A DNA stretch of 64,000 bases, from contig JAQBVF010000002.1 in NCBI GenBank assembly GCA_027623675.1, forward strand, positions 69,711 to 133,710, read 5' to 3'. How positions within the stretch are numbered: position 1 is the stretch's first letter; every line of letters begins with the position of its first letter. Shown piece by piece: positions 11,659-21,976 of the stretch. The translations under genes were made by a program, and so were the position numbers. The DNA is from Chloroflexota bacterium. GTDB lineage: Bacteria > Chloroflexota > Dehalococcoidia > Lucifugimonadales > UBA3495. The notes beneath the pieces are model-generated. The model saw nothing but the letters and a program-made list of their open reading frames with translations. It ran no database searches and was not told the DNA's origin.

Positions 11659-12312
11659 TTAGGCGTCCAGCGCCGCCAGGACTTGTTGGTTAACATCGTC
11701 AACGGTCTGGTCTCCGGAGATGTCCACCACGACATCGCGGTCGCGGTAGAAACCCAGCACGGGCGTGGTCTCGTCGTTGTAAACCTGGATCCGCTTCTTG
11801 ACCGCCTTGGGCTGGTCGTCGTCACGCTGGTACAGTTCACCGCCGCATTGGCTGCAAACCTTGGATGCGTCCTCGCCCTCGCCGATGGAATGCGGCGCCT
11901 GGCAATCACGGCAGACGAACCGCCCGCCCAGTCGGCGGAGCAACACCGGCTCCGGGACCTCTATGTGGACCACTTTGTCCAAGCCGCGAACGGCGCCCGA
12001 CAGGGCTTTCTCCAACTCTTCGGCCTGGTGGGGGTTCCTGGGGAACCCATCCAAGATGAACCCTTCCTCGTTGGGAACGGACAACACCTTGTCCAGAATG
12101 ATGTCGATGGTAACTTCGTCGGGGACCAACTCCCCTTTGTTCATATATTCCTTGGCCCGCAGACCCAAGGCTGTGCCCTGTCCCAGATGGTATCGGAAAA
12201 GGTCGCCAGAGCTGATGTGCGTGACCTTGAGCCGGTCTCGCAGCAGTTGGGCTTGGGTGCCCTTTCCGGCGCCGGGAGGGCCGAACAGCACGAGTCTAAG
12301 TCCCTGGGCCAT
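11659..12312 (-). CDS. adk: adenylate kinase (zinc-lid type)
   Basis: P-loop GPPGAGKGTQ. Lid carries the CRDC...CSQCGG cysteine quartet. Confidence 0.95.
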   Translation of the reverse strand: MAQGLRLVLFGPPGAGKGTQAQLLRDRLKVTHISSGDLFRYHLGQGTALGLRAKEYMNKGELVPDEVTIDIILDKVLSVPNEEGFILDGFPRNPHQAEELEKALSGAVRGLDKVVHIEVPEPVLLRRLGGRFVCRDCQAPHSIGEGEDASKVCSQCGGELYQRDDDQPKAVKKRIQVYNDETTPVLGFYRDRDVVVDISGDQTVDDVNQQVLAALDA

Positions 12313-13640
12313 TATCTAAGGAAACCCTCGTAGTTGCGCATCATAAGCTGCGCCTCTAGCTGACGCAGGGTATCTAGACCCACACCCACCATGATCAACA
12401 GGCTGGTGCTGCTCAGCGATATCGCTTGAACGCCGGTTATCAGCGACGCGATATAAGGCATGATGGCGATGGTGCCCAAGAACAGGGCGCCGCCCAACGT
12501 GATGCGCACGATCACACGGTTCAGGTAGTCCTGGGTGGGTTTGCCAGGCCGGATACCCAAAACAAACCCTCCGTTCTTCTGAAGATTCTCGGCCAGTTGC
12601 TGCTGATTGAACACAACCAGCGTGTAGAAGAAGGTGAACATCACAACCAGCACGAACACCATCACCCAATATAGGGGGGATGAAGGGATCAGCAGGTCCG
12701 AGGCGAAGTTGGCCACGTCACCGATCCAAGAGGTATTGGTGGCGAAGTAGGTGGCGATGGTCCCGGGCAGAATCACGATGGAAAAGGCAAAGATCAAGGG
12801 AATCATGCCCGCCGAGTTTATGCGCAGCGGTAGATAGGTCGCGCCACTCTGCCGGTACATCCTGCCGCCCCTGAAGATGCTGCGGCCGTATTGCACCGGG
12901 ATGCGACGGTGGGCCTCGTTGAACATGACGATGGCCGCGATGATCAGAACGCCGATTATGGCGAAGAAGCCGATGCCAAGCACGTTGTCCCGGTCCAAGA
13001 AACCCCGGGTGATTAGGTTGGGGAAACCGGCGACGATTCCCGCGAAGATTATCAGGGAGATGCCGTTGCCGATGCCGCGCTCGGTAATCATCTCACCCAA
13101 CCAGACCAAGAACATGGTGCCGGCGGCGATGGAGAACAGGGCGGCGATGGTCGGCAGGAGTGCGTCGCCCGAGAATCCCACATCGGCTATGACGTTGCTC
13201 TGCTCCAGAAGAACGAGCTGTCCGTACCCTTGGGCAAAGGCGATGGGGATGGTGATCCAGTGGGTCAGCCGGTTCATCTTGGCTCGGCCGGCTTCGCCCT
13301 CGCGGGCCATGTCTTGGAGCGTTGGAATGACCGGAGTCAGCAACTGGATGATGATTGACGAAGTTATATAGGGGAAAACGCCCAGCGCTACGATGCTCAT
13401 ACGGCTGAGGGCCCCGCCACTGAAGAGGTCCAAGAAGCCAAGTAGTTCGTTGTTCCGGAAGAGGTTATCCAGCTGTACCTGGTCGATACCCGGAAGAGGA
13501 ATATGGGCGACGAACCGGTAGAGGGCCAATATGGCCAGGGTGAAAAGAATCTTGGCCCGCAAGTCGGGGAGGCTGAAGGCGTCGATCGCCGCCTGAATCA
13601 GCTTAGGGAATTTACCAGCCTGGGCCTCGGCGTTCATCAT
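12312..13640 (-). CDS. secY: preprotein translocase subunit SecY
   Basis: 442 aa, polytopic. Conserved position between rplO and adk. Confidence 0.95.
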   Translation of the reverse strand: MMNAEAQAGKFPKLIQAAIDAFSLPDLRAKILFTLAILALYRFVAHIPLPGIDQVQLDNLFRNNELLGFLDLFSGGALSRMSIVALGVFPYITSSIIIQLLTPVIPTLQDMAREGEAGRAKMNRLTHWITIPIAFAQGYGQLVLLEQSNVIADVGFSGDALLPTIAALFSIAAGTMFLVWLGEMITERGIGNGISLIIFAGIVAGFPNLITRGFLDRDNVLGIGFFAIIGVLIIAAIVMFNEAHRRIPVQYGRSIFRGGRMYRQSGATYLPLRINSAGMIPLIFAFSIVILPGTIATYFATNTSWIGDVANFASDLLIPSSPLYWVMVFVLVVMFTFFYTLVVFNQQQLAENLQKNGGFVLGIRPGKPTQDYLNRVIVRITLGGALFLGTIAIMPYIASLITGVQAISLSSTSLLIMVGVGLDTLRQLEAQLMMRNYEGFLR

Positions 13641-14089
13641 TACGCCGAGGTCTCCTCCGCTGTTCCTTTGGCCGCTTCGATCTTCGCTTTGGCGGAGCGG
13701 GTGAATCTGGCGGCCACCACGGTCACAGCCTTGCTGATCTCACCGTCGCCCACGATCTTCACCGGCAGGTTCAAGTTCCGCAGGAAACCCTTCTCCAAAA
13801 GGAGTTCGGGGGTGATGCGCTCTCCGGCGTCAAATAGGTCCAGCGTGGTCAGTTTGATCAGGGAGTAATAGGTCTTGAACGGGTTGTGGAAGCCCCGTTT
13901 CATGGGCAGTCCCTTGATCAAAGGCAACTGACCGCCTTCAAACCATATGGGCGGTCCGCCGCCGGAGCGGGACTTCTGGCCCTTCATGCCACGGCCGGCA
14001 GTGCTGCCTTGTCCTGCCGCGTCACCGCGGCCGATCCGTTTTCTGCTTTTCCTGGCTCCCTTGGAAGGGGCCAGCTGATGTTCCATCAT
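13640..14089 (-). CDS. rplO: 50S ribosomal protein L15
   Basis: 149 aa with a Gly/Arg-rich N-terminus (RIGRG.....G.T.GRG.KGQK.RSG). Confidence 0.95.
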   Translation of the reverse strand: MMEHQLAPSKGARKSRKRIGRGDAAGQGSTAGRGMKGQKSRSGGGPPIWFEGGQLPLIKGLPMKRGFHNPFKTYYSLIKLTTLDLFDAGERITPELLLEKGFLRNLNLPVKIVGDGEISKAVTVVAARFTRSAKAKIEAAKGTAEETSA

Positions 14090-14250
14090 AAGAGGGGCCT
14101 CATTAAGATGTGACGTAACCTGTTAGAGGAGCGCCTACGCCATGTATCTGATTCTAACTGCCTTGTGGCCGTGGTTAAACGATTTGATCGCCAGCGAAAC
14201 CCCAGTTTACCGCCGCTGAGGGTTCACAAACGTCCTAAAGGGCAGAGTAG

Positions 14251-14430
14251 CTAGGCTATTTCGACCTTTACCATGTGGCTGACCTTGTTAACCATGCCGC
14301 GGATGGTCGGTGAGTCCTGGTGGACCACCGTATGGTGCAGGCGCCGCAGACCCAGCGACTCGATGATTCGGCGCTGGATTCCGGGGCGGCCGATACCGCT
14401 CCTGGTCAAAGTGATCTTTATTTCCGCCAT
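14251..14430 (-). CDS. rpmD: 50S ribosomal protein L30
   Basis: Hand-translated, 59 aa: [59 protein letters not shown]. Lies between rpsE and rplO. Confidence 0.9.
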   Translation of the reverse strand: MAEIKITLTRSGIGRPGIQRRIIESLGLRRLHHTVVHQDSPTIRGMVNKVSHMVKVEIA

Positions 14431-14484
14431 ATCGTCTCGTCCAGTGTTTTCGGGTTGGGTCTTTCCGGTTTTAATGATGCGAAG

Positions 14485-15057
14485 TTACGCTTCGACCGGC
14501 ACTTCTTTCGCGGGTTGTTCCTTGGACGGGACCGGCCGGCCGAGGCGGCGCGCGATCTCAACCTCAGGGTCCTTCAATTGGCGCAGGGCTTCCATCGTCG
14601 CGTATACGATATTGATCGGGTTCCTGGATCCAAGGGATTTTCCGACCACGTCTTTCACGCCGCCCAGTTCCAAGATGGCGCGCATGGCGCCGGCCGCGAT
14701 CACCCCGGTCCCTTCGCGGGCGGGCTTAATCATGACGATGGTCGCGCCCTTCTTGACCGTGATCTTCTGGGGAATGGTGCTTCCAATCAGCGGAATGGTG
14801 ACCGTCTCGCGCCTGGCTACCGCATTGCCTTTTCTGACGGCGTCGGGAATCACGAGGGCCTTGCCCAAGCCAGCGCCTACCTGCCCTTGACCGTCACCAA
14901 CGACGACCAGGGCGTTGAACCGGAGCCGACGGCCTCCCTTTACAACTTTGGAGATACGGCGGGTAAAGACGACCCTCTCGGTGAATCCACCGGTGTCTTC
15001 ATCCCGGCCTCGTCCTCGGTCTCGATCAGAGAAGAACCTATTTGGGGCTTGGACCAT
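14485..15057 (-). CDS. rpsE: 30S ribosomal protein S5
   Basis: 190 aa containing RISKVVKGGRRLRFNALVVVGD. Confidence 0.95.
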   Translation of the reverse strand: MVQAPNRFFSDRDRGRGRDEDTGGFTERVVFTRRISKVVKGGRRLRFNALVVVGDGQGQVGAGLGKALVIPDAVRKGNAVARRETVTIPLIGSTIPQKITVKKGATIVMIKPAREGTGVIAAGAMRAILELGGVKDVVGKSLGSRNPINIVYATMEALRQLKDPEVEIARRLGRPVPSKEQPAKEVPVEA

Positions 15058-15120
15058 TAGCGAGCTAGACCTCCCAGTCTCCGCGGAAAATCGCGTGGGT
15101 TATTCAGGTTGATTAATATA

Positions 15121-15489
15121 TTAGAACTTCAGACCGGCTTCCCGGGTAGCTTCGGCGAGGGCTTTGACCCGGCCATGGTATTTGCATCCGCCCCGGTCAA
15201 ACACGACCTGTGTGACGCCTGCGGCCTGGGCCCTTTCTGCCACCAGCTTCCCCACCGCGGCTGATGCCGCGATCTTGGGGGTGATGGGACCGCCGGCTTC
15301 CTTGATGGCGTCGGCGCTGGATGCCGCCACCAGAGTGGTCCCTGTGGTGTCGTCGATCACCTGAGCGTAGATGTGCTGCAGGCTGCGGAATACGGCCAGC
15401 CTGGGCCGTTCCGGCGTGCCGGACACTTTGTTGCGAAGCCTGACGTGGCGTATCTTCCGGAGACTTTTCGCGTTCTTATCTTTAGGCAT
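15121..15489 (-). CDS. rplR: 50S ribosomal protein L18
   Basis: 122 aa containing [14 protein letters not shown](V)IDD. Confidence 0.95.
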   Translation of the reverse strand: MPKDKNAKSLRKIRHVRLRNKVSGTPERPRLAVFRSLQHIYAQVIDDTTGTTLVAASSADAIKEAGGPITPKIAASAAVGKLVAERAQAAGVTQVVFDRGGCKYHGRVKALAEATREAGLKF

Positions 15490-15526
15490 GTTTGTTTCTT
15501 TATCAGCGCGGCGCCGTATTCAGGCC

Positions 15527-16099
15527 TTAGGCCTTTCTGGCGGCCGCCTTTCCTGGCTTAAAGTGTAGGGTTTCGTCGGAGTACCTGATGCCCTTTTCCT
15601 TATACGTGTTGGGCGGGCGGACCCTCCGCACGTTGGCCGCAAGTTGGCCTACTTTTTGCTTGTCGATACCCCGAACGTGTATTCGTGTTGGTCCTTCCAC
15701 CTCCAGAGTTACACCCTCTTCAGGATGCATCTCCACAGGGTGGCTGTAGCCCACATTCAAGATGATTCCGTTGCCGGCGGCGGCGACCCTATATCCGACG
15801 CCCATGATCTCAAGCGTCCTAGTGAAGCCTTCCGAAACCCCGATCACGGCATTGGATATCAGGCTGCGGGTTAGGCCGTGCAACGAATGGTGGAATTTGT
15901 TGTCCGAGTGACGCTCCACCAGGATCTCGCCGTCCCCAACCTTAACCACCACTTCGGGGTGGTACTTCTGCTCGATCGTCCCCCTAGGACCGGTGACTTT
16001 GACCCCGCCGTACTGGACTTCTACCTGAACGCCGTCGGGCACAGGTATGGCCTTCCGGCCGATGCGGGAGAGTGTTTTCTCTTGTTTCTTTTCGTTCAT
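15527..16099 (-). CDS. rplF: 50S ribosomal protein L6
   Basis: 190 aa containing SRIG(R)K.I.VP.GV.V.....V.V.GP.G. Confidence 0.95.
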   Translation of the reverse strand: MNEKKQEKTLSRIGRKAIPVPDGVQVEVQYGGVKVTGPRGTIEQKYHPEVVVKVGDGEILVERHSDNKFHHSLHGLTRSLISNAVIGVSEGFTRTLEIMGVGYRVAAAGNGIILNVGYSHPVEMHPEEGVTLEVEGPTRIHVRGIDKQKVGQLAANVRRVRPPNTYKEKGIRYSDETLHFKPGKAAARKA

Positions 16100-16149
16100 A
16101 ACCGGTTTACCAGACTAAACAGAGTAGTTAAAGACATTCTTAGATCCGT

Positions 16150-16548
16150 CTACCAGACGTAGCAGAGCAGTTCCCCGCCAACGCCTTGACGCCAGGCGTT
16201 TCTCCCGGCCATTACGCCTTTGGAGGTGGAGACGATGGCCAGTCCGATGCCGCCGTAGACCCGGGGTATCTCACCCTTGCCCACATAGACCCTCAGTCCC
16301 GGTTTGCTCACGCGTTTCAGACCCGAGATGGCCGGCTGCCGTCCTTCGCGGTAGGTCAGGTGCAGGCGGATGGTCGGATGGGCCTGGGCCCGGGGTATGT
16401 CGAAGTCTCGGATAAAACCCTCATCTTTGAGAATCTTGGCCAAGGCCAACTTCATCTTGGAATGCGGGAGACTAACGGAATCGTGACGCACCTGTATGGC
16501 GTTACGGATCCGCGTAAGCATGTCTGCAATTGGGTCGGTTACCGGCAT
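16150..16548 (-). CDS. rpsH: 30S ribosomal protein S8
   Basis: 132 aa, starting [17 protein letters not shown] and ending ...GGE(L)LCYVW. Confidence 0.95.
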   Translation of the reverse strand: MPVTDPIADMLTRIRNAIQVRHDSVSLPHSKMKLALAKILKDEGFIRDFDIPRAQAHPTIRLHLTYREGRQPAISGLKRVSKPGLRVYVGKGEIPRVYGGIGLAIVSTSKGVMAGRNAWRQGVGGELLCYVW

Positions 16549-16612
16549 TTTAGGTCTTTCTCCCCTTTCCGCCTGAAGTTATCTAGTTCGTGCATCAGTG
16601 ACATCCGGGTGG

Positions 16613-16798
16613 CTACAAGCTGGCCTTGCGCACGCCGGGCAATTCTCCGTTCAGAGCCATTCCCCGGAAACAGATGCGGCACAGCCCGGTGTACCTGTTA
16701 TAGGCACGCGGCCTCGCGCATTTGTGGCACCGGTTGTAACCCCGGACTTTGAATTTAGGCTCCCTGAGCCATTTTTGGACCATTGATGTTTTTGCCAA
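16613..16798 (-). CDS. rpsZ: 30S ribosomal protein S14, zinc-binding type Z
   Basis: 61 aa from TTG at 16798 ([10 protein letters not shown]...). Contains CHKC...CRIC cysteines. The track ORF ending at 16912 is a 5' over-extension into rplE. Confidence 0.9.
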   Translation of the reverse strand: MAKTSMVQKWLREPKFKVRGYNRCHKCARPRAYNRYTGLCRICFRGMALNGELPGVRKASL

Positions 16799-16841
16799 CG
16801 ACGCCTCCGTTAGGCTCTTCCGTGTTAATAGACCGGTTTGC

Positions 16842-17582
16842 TTAGGCCTCGACCGTGTCTTTGATAAAGGGCATACCGTAGAGTTCCAGCAAGCGGATCG
16901 CCTCGGCGTCATTCTTGGCCGTGGTGGCGATGGTCACCTGCAGTCCGCGTATCTTGTCTATCTGGTTGTAATCAATCTCCGGGAAGATGATCTGCTCCCG
17001 GATCCCGATCGTGTAATTTCCCCGACCGTCCAGGCCGCGCCTTTGCAGGCCCCTGAAGTCCCGGATACGTGGAAGGGCCGTGTTTATCAGGCGGTCCAAG
17101 AAGTGGTACATACGGGCGCCCCTAAGAGTAACCGCAGTGCCGATGGCGTTGCCCTGCCTGATCTTGAATCCGGCGATGGACTTTTTCGCCCGCGTAATCA
17201 CCGGTTTCTGACCGCTGATGATGGTCAGGTCGTTGCTGGCGGCCTCCATGGCCCGTCCGTTGGTCAGCGCCTCGCCCACGCCGATGTTCAGAACAATCTT
17301 CTGCAGGCGGGGCACCTCCATGGTGTTGTCGTAATTGAATTCCTGCACCATGGCGGGAATGATCGTCGTCTTGAATTGTTCATAGAGACGCGGCGGAGGC
17401 GGTGGCTCCGTTGGCGGTCCTAGTTCGGCAGGGGCATTCCGGCCGCCACCCGTGCGTTCCCGCCTGGAACGGCGAGGGGCTTCCTGCGTCACGGCCTCGG
17501 CAGCTTCCGAACTCTCAAGTTCGGCTACCGTTTCTTGAGATTCTTCCGCGCCCTCTGGTTGTTGTCTCTCGTCATCGAGCAT
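16842..17582 (-). CDS. rplE: 50S ribosomal protein L5 with ~64-aa N-terminal extension
   Basis: The L5 core starts near ...[20 protein letters not shown]. No in-frame start codon lies near the core. ATG at 17582 overlaps the rplX stop. Confidence 0.9.
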   Translation of the reverse strand: MLDDERQQPEGAEESQETVAELESSEAAEAVTQEAPRRSRRERTGGGRNAPAELGPPTEPPPPPRLYEQFKTTIIPAMVQEFNYDNTMEVPRLQKIVLNIGVGEALTNGRAMEAASNDLTIISGQKPVITRAKKSIAGFKIRQGNAIGTAVTLRGARMYHFLDRLINTALPRIRDFRGLQRRGLDGRGNYTIGIREQIIFPEIDYNQIDKIRGLQVTIATTAKNDAEAIRLLELYGMPFIKDTVEA

Positions 17583-17892
17583 CGTCGATTACTTCCTGGC
17601 ATTTGGTGCAACTGCGAACCCTGGAGCCCGTGTCCAAGAAAACGGTCTTGGGCTTGGTGGGCGCGTTGCATTTATTACAGATCAGAACCACGTTTGAGGC
17701 ATGGATCGACGCCTCTTTCTGGATGCGCCCGCCCTGGCTCACACCGGGCCTGGGCTTCATGTGGCGTGTCACCAAGTTTACACCCTCGACAACCACACGT
17801 TCATTTTCACGGTCCTGGCGTTCAACCCGGCCGGTCTTGCCCTTCTCTTTCCCGGCGATCACCAGCACATTGTCTCCGGTGCGGACTCGCAT
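17572..17892 (-). CDS. rplX: 50S ribosomal protein L24
   Basis: 106 aa with a KOW motif (GD.V.VI.GK.KGK.G.V). Confidence 0.95.
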   Translation of the reverse strand: MRVRTGDNVLVIAGKEKGKTGRVERQDRENERVVVEGVNLVTRHMKPRPGVSQGGRIQKEASIHASNVVLICNKCNAPTKPKTVFLDTGSRVRSCTKCQEVIDDAR

Positions 17893-18260
17893 CAGACCAC
17901 CTCCGGCGCAAGGGACACGATCCGCATGAACCCCTTGTCTCTCAGTTCACGGGCGACCGGGCCAAAGATGCGGGTGCCCCTGGGCAGTTGGTCGTCGGCG
18001 ATCAATACCGCCGCGTTGTCGTCAAACTTGATGTAGGTCCCATCGGGCCGGCGGCGGGGTTGGGCTTGGCGAATGACCACGGCCTTGACCACCTCTCCCT
18101 TCCGGACCGGCGAGTTGGGGGCGGCTTCCCTCACGTTGCACACGATGATATCGCCCACGTGAGCGTACCTGCGCCTGCTGCTCCCGGGTATGTTAATAAG
18201 GCGTATAACCTTGGCCCCACTATTGTCGGCCACCTTCAGCCGGGTATAGGTCTGAATCAT
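17892..18260 (-). CDS. rplN: 50S ribosomal protein L14
   Basis: 122 aa, starting [13 protein letters not shown]. Confidence 0.95.
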   Translation of the reverse strand: MIQTYTRLKVADNSGAKVIRLINIPGSSRRRYAHVGDIIVCNVREAAPNSPVRKGEVVKAVVIRQAQPRRRPDGTYIKFDDNAAVLIADDQLPRGTRIFGPVARELRDKGFMRIVSLAPEVV

Positions 18261-18799
18261 TCCTTTTCTTCCTGTTCACCTTCGTCACCGCTCTCGGAAT
18301 CATCAGCTTCAGCGTCTTCTTCAGCTTCGACTGGTTCCTCTTCGGCGACAAGCTCTTCATCAGAGGCGTCGTCAGCCTCTGGTTCTTCTACTTCCAATTC
18401 TTCAACGGCAGACGCTTCCATTGCATTGTCCGCGGTATCACCACTGGAGTCGTCTTCGGCTGCCCTGGCCTCCGCAGCCGCGATGCGGGGCTGGGTAATT
18501 TCTTGGCTGACATCGGTCTCCACATCTATGGGGCGGACCTCAGCAATCTGCTTGCGTTCCAGTATCGCCATGAGTCGCCAGTGCTTGCTCTTGGAGATAC
18601 GCCTGGTCTCTTCGATACGAACGGTATCGCCCAGGACACACTTGTTCTCCGGGTCGTGCACGTAGAAACGCGCTACCCGGCGCACCTGCTTCCGGTAGAG
18701 CCGGTGACGCTGTTTCCAAACCATCTCAACGATGGCGGTCTTGTCTTGAGAGTTCCGCACGACTGCGCCGACGCGGACTTTGCGCATGGACCTTGCCAC
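18257..18799 (-). CDS. rpsQ: 30S ribosomal protein S17 with ~95-aa acidic C-terminal extension
   Basis: S17 core spans residues 1-85 (...[20 protein letters not shown]). The same frame continues to a stop that overlaps the rplN start (ATGA). Confidence 0.9.
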   Translation of the reverse strand: MARSMRKVRVGAVVRNSQDKTAIVEMVWKQRHRLYRKQVRRVARFYVHDPENKCVLGDTVRIEETRRISKSKHWRLMAILERKQIAEVRPIDVETDVSQEITQPRIAAAEARAAEDDSSGDTADNAMEASAVEELEVEEPEADDASDEELVAEEEPVEAEEDAEADDSESGDEGEQEEKE

Positions 18800-18999
18800 T
18801 AGCCAGCCTCCTGGATCTGCCGTTCTTTAATCACCGTCCGGAGCCTGGCAATGGTCTTTTTAACCGTGTTGGGCTCGTTGGAATCGGGCAACTGGTTGGT
18901 CGCGGCGCGGAAACGAAGATTCATCAATTCCCGGCCGGCTTTCTCCAGCTCCTCGTACAACTGATCGTTGCTTAGTTCTCTGATTTCGTGGGCACGCAT
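18799..18999 (-). CDS. rpmC: 50S ribosomal protein L29
   Basis: 66 aa, with L..EL.....EL.NLRF......L pattern. Confidence 0.9.
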   Translation of the reverse strand: MRAHEIRELSNDQLYEELEKAGRELMNLRFRAATNQLPDSNEPNTVKKTIARLRTVIKERQIQEAG

Positions 19000-19002
19000 G
19001 GG

Positions 19003-19443
19003 TTAAACCAAGCCGTTGGCCACGGCGGCGGCCAAACGGTCTCTTACGACTGTCTTCGTGGGGATCGGCAACTTTTGCGAGGCCAGGCGAAGTGCCTGGA
19101 CCGCCTCTTCGTGGGGCACTCCGGCCACCTCAAAGAGCACCTTGCCCGGTTTTACCACTGCCACCCAGTATTCATTGGCGGCTTTTCCGCCGCCCATGCG
19201 GGTTTCAGCGGCTTTCTTGCTGACGGCCTTGTCAGGGAAAACCCTGACCCAGACCTGTCCACCGCGCTTTAAGTGCCGGGTTACGGCGACGCGGGCGGCT
19301 TCGATCTGCCTGGCGGTGATCCATGAGGCCTCCATGGCCTTAAGACCGATCTCGCCGAAGGAAACCGAACTTCCGGTGATCGCGGTTCCCCGCATCTTGC
19401 CACGGAAGTGCTTCCTAAATTTTGAGCGTTTGGGTTGCAGCAT
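19003..19443 (-). CDS. rplP: 50S ribosomal protein L16
   Basis: 146 aa, starting MLQPKR.K(F)RK..RG. Confidence 0.95.
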   Translation of the reverse strand: MLQPKRSKFRKHFRGKMRGTAITGSSVSFGEIGLKAMEASWITARQIEAARVAVTRHLKRGGQVWVRVFPDKAVSKKAAETRMGGGKAANEYWVAVVKPGKVLFEVAGVPHEEAVQALRLASQKLPIPTKTVVRDRLAAAVANGLV

Positions 19444-19464
19444 GGGTTGCTCCTAGTCCGGTCC

Positions 19465-20208
19465 CTATTCGGGGTTTTCCAGTTCGACGGCCCCGAGGGC
19501 TTCTTCGATGTCCTCTGCCTGTACCGTTACTTCGATGTTATCCAGTTCTTCGACTTCTTCAGCCCGGGGCGGCAGCACCTCGCCGTGGTAGACCCAGGTC
19601 TTGACGCCAACCTGTCCCATCGCGGTGTGCGCCTCAGCCAAGGAGTAGTCAATGTCGGCCCGAAGGGTGTGCAGGGGCACTCGGCCGATCATCAGTTTCT
19701 CGACGCGGGCAATCTCCGACCCGGTGATGCGTCCCTTGATGATGATCTTTATGCCTTCGGCGCCCGCCTGCATGCACCTTTGCGCCGCCTGCCGCATCGC
19801 CCGGCGGTAGGCAACCCTACGCTCCAACTGCTCGGCCACGTTCCGGCCCACCAGATAGGCGTTGGTCTCAGGGTGCTCGATCTCGACGATATTGAGCTGT
19901 ATCCGGCTTTCGGTGATGGCTTCGAGCTTGGCACGCAGGTTCTTGACCCGTTCGCCGTCCCGTCCGATCAGTATCCCAGGACGGGCCGAGTGGATATTGA
20001 TGACGCTGTCTTGGGCGCCGCGGTCAATCTCAACCTTGGCGATACCGGCATCGGAGAACGCCTTGTACTCGTTCTTGATGCTATCGCGAAGCCGCAGGTC
20101 CTGGGTCACCAAGTCACGATAGGAACTGCTGTTGCCAGCGTACCAATGGGCCTTCCAGTCCTTGATGATACCCAGGCGGAAACCGTATGGGTGGGTCTTA
20201 TGCCCCAT
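19465..20208 (-). CDS. rpsC: 30S ribosomal protein S3
   Basis: 247 aa, starting MGHKTHP.GFRLGI.KDW. Confidence 0.95.
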   Translation of the reverse strand: MGHKTHPYGFRLGIIKDWKAHWYAGNSSSYRDLVTQDLRLRDSIKNEYKAFSDAGIAKVEIDRGAQDSVINIHSARPGILIGRDGERVKNLRAKLEAITESRIQLNIVEIEHPETNAYLVGRNVAEQLERRVAYRRAMRQAAQRCMQAGAEGIKIIIKGRITGSEIARVEKLMIGRVPLHTLRADIDYSLAEAHTAMGQVGVKTWVYHGEVLPPRAEEVEELDNIEVTVQAEDIEEALGAVELENPE

Positions 20209-20210
20209 TC

Positions 20211-20558
20211 CTAGCTCCTATTCTCGTCTTCGTCCACAACCACCATTACGTGGCTGGAGCGCTTGATTATCCGCCCGATTCGGCCTCTGGCCCGGGGCCG
20301 AAAGCGCTTAATCGACTTGGCGTTGTCTGCCGATATGTGGACGATCCGTAGATTGTCCCGGTCCATCAGCATGTTGTTCTCGGCGTTGGCCGCCGCCGAC
20401 GCCACTACCTTAGCCACCGACTTCGCCCAAGGCGAGGGCAACAGATTAAGGCTATTCAGGGCGTCGTCCACCCGCTGGCCTCTTACGAGGTCCAAGATGG
20501 GCTTGAGCCTCTTTTGGGAGGTCCCCAGTGATTTGGCTAATGCTTTTACGGGTGGCAT
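20211..20558 (-). CDS. rplV: 50S ribosomal protein L22
   Basis: 115 aa. Conserved position and sequence. Confidence 0.95.
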   Translation of the reverse strand: MPPVKALAKSLGTSQKRLKPILDLVRGQRVDDALNSLNLLPSPWAKSVAKVVASAAANAENNMLMDRDNLRIVHISADNAKSIKRFRPRARGRIGRIIKRSSHVMVVVDEDENRS

Positions 20559-20562
20559 TGGT

Positions 20563-20847
20563 TTACCTCACCCGGCTGGTGCGTTCGGACCGTGATATAT
20601 GACCGCGAAAGGTCCTGGTGGGAGAGAACTCTCCCAGCCGGTGACCGACCATGTTTTCAGTGATGAACACCGGCACGTGCCGGCGGCCGTCATGGACCCC
20701 AATCGTCAACCCAACCATCTCTGGCATGATCATGGAGGCGCGGGCCCAAGTCCGAATGACCGTGTTGGCCCCGGAGCGCTGCACCGCTTCCACGTGTTTC
20801 ATCAATTTGGGATGGACGTAAGGTCCCTTTTTAATCGAACGGGACAT
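20563..20847 (-). CDS. rpsS: 30S ribosomal protein S19
   Basis: 94 aa from ATG at 20847 ([11 protein letters not shown]...). The track ORF ending at 21111 is a 5' over-extension into rplB. Confidence 0.95.
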   Translation of the reverse strand: MSRSIKKGPYVHPKLMKHVEAVQRSGANTVIRTWARASMIMPEMVGLTIGVHDGRRHVPVFITENMVGHRLGEFSPTRTFRGHISRSERTSRVR

Positions 20848-20848
20848 C

Positions 20849-21682
20849 TTAGCGTCTCCTGGTTCTGCGCATGATAAATTTGCTCGACGCCTTCTTCTTG
20901 CGGCGCGTCTTGTAACCCAAGGTGGGTTTGCCCCAGGGCGACTTGGGCCCCGGCATGCCGATGGGGGAGCGGCCCTCACCACCACCATGGGGGTGGTCCA
21001 CTGGGTTCTTGGCCACACCGCGGACCTGCGGGCGGCGGCCCTTGTGGCGGGTTGCCCCAGCCTTGCCCAGGCTTTCATTCTTATGGTCGGGGTTGGAGAG
21101 TTGTCCCACACTGGCGCGGCAACGCAGCAACACCCGCCGCATCTCGCCAGAGGGCAGACGCACCAACACGTATTCGCCTTCCCGTGACAGCAGCTGGGCG
21201 CCGGTGCCGGCGCCCCGGACGATCTGTCCGCCCCTACCCGGAGTCAATTCCATATTGTGGACCACGGTTCCGGTAGGTATGTTCGCCAACGGCAGGCAGT
21301 TGCCCAGGCTGATCTCGGCATCCGGCCCGGACTGGACCAGGGAGCCTACCTCCAGCCCGTGGGGGGCTAGGATGTAGCTCTTCTCGCCGTCCACGTAGTA
21401 GATCAAAGCGATGCGGGTGGTCCGGTTCGGGTCGTACTCGATGGACTTTACGCGGCCAGGGACCCCGTCCTTGATCCGCTTGAAGTCAACCTTGCGGTAC
21501 ATGCGCCGCGATCCGCCGCCGCGGCTCCGGGTGGTGATCCGTCCCCGGTTGTTGCGCCCGGCATGGTTCTGCTTGGCTTCGACGAGGGACTTTTCCGGCT
21601 TGGTGGCGGTGAGCTCTTCGAAAGAAGGGCGTACCGCGTTCCGGGTTCCCGGTGTTCTCGGTTTTAGATTCTTAAGCGGCAT
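20849..21682 (-). CDS. rplB: 50S ribosomal protein L2
   Basis: 277 aa containing ...GR(N)N.GRIT.R.RGGG.....R.(V)DF.R and HPHGGGEG. Confidence 0.95.
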   Translation of the reverse strand: MPLKNLKPRTPGTRNAVRPSFEELTATKPEKSLVEAKQNHAGRNNRGRITTRSRGGGSRRMYRKVDFKRIKDGVPGRVKSIEYDPNRTTRIALIYYVDGEKSYILAPHGLEVGSLVQSGPDAEISLGNCLPLANIPTGTVVHNMELTPGRGGQIVRGAGTGAQLLSREGEYVLVRLPSGEMRRVLLRCRASVGQLSNPDHKNESLGKAGATRHKGRRPQVRGVAKNPVDHPHGGGEGRSPIGMPGPKSPWGKPTLGYKTRRKKKASSKFIMRRTRRR

Positions 21683-21691
21683 GCGAGGTTT

Positions 21692-21976
21692 TTACAGCCC
21701 CTCGATCAGGTTGATGCGGTCGCCTTGCTTCAAGGTGACAACCGCTTTCTTCGTGTCGGGCCGCTGGGTGATGCGGGCGCCGTAGCGCTTCTTCTTACCC
21801 CGCAGCTTGGTGATATTCACATCCAGCACGGTTACGCTGAAGTTCTTCTCGACGGCCTCTTTGACCTCCACCTTGTTCGCCTGGGGTGCGATGTGGAAGG
21901 TGTACTTGCCGGACTCTTGCAGGAGCGTGCTTTTCTCCGTGATGGTGGGCTTGAGGAGCACGTGTTGGATATCCAT
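21692..21976 (-). CDS. rplW: 50S ribosomal protein L23
   Basis: 94 aa. Conserved position and sequence. Confidence 0.95.
   Translation of the reverse strand: MDIQHVLLKPTITEKSTLLQESGKYTFHIAPQANKVEVKEAVEKNFSVTVLDVNITKLRGKKKRYGARITQRPDTKKAVVTLKQGDRINLIEGL

Noticed and set aside
17535-18665. 376-aa plus-strand ORF (Ser/Ala-rich) overlapping rplX, rplN and rpsQ.
   Set aside because: It is antisense to unmistakable ribosomal protein genes. Its Ser-rich stretch is simply the reverse complement of the Glu/Asp-rich S17 tail. This is a typical shadow ORF in GC-rich DNA.
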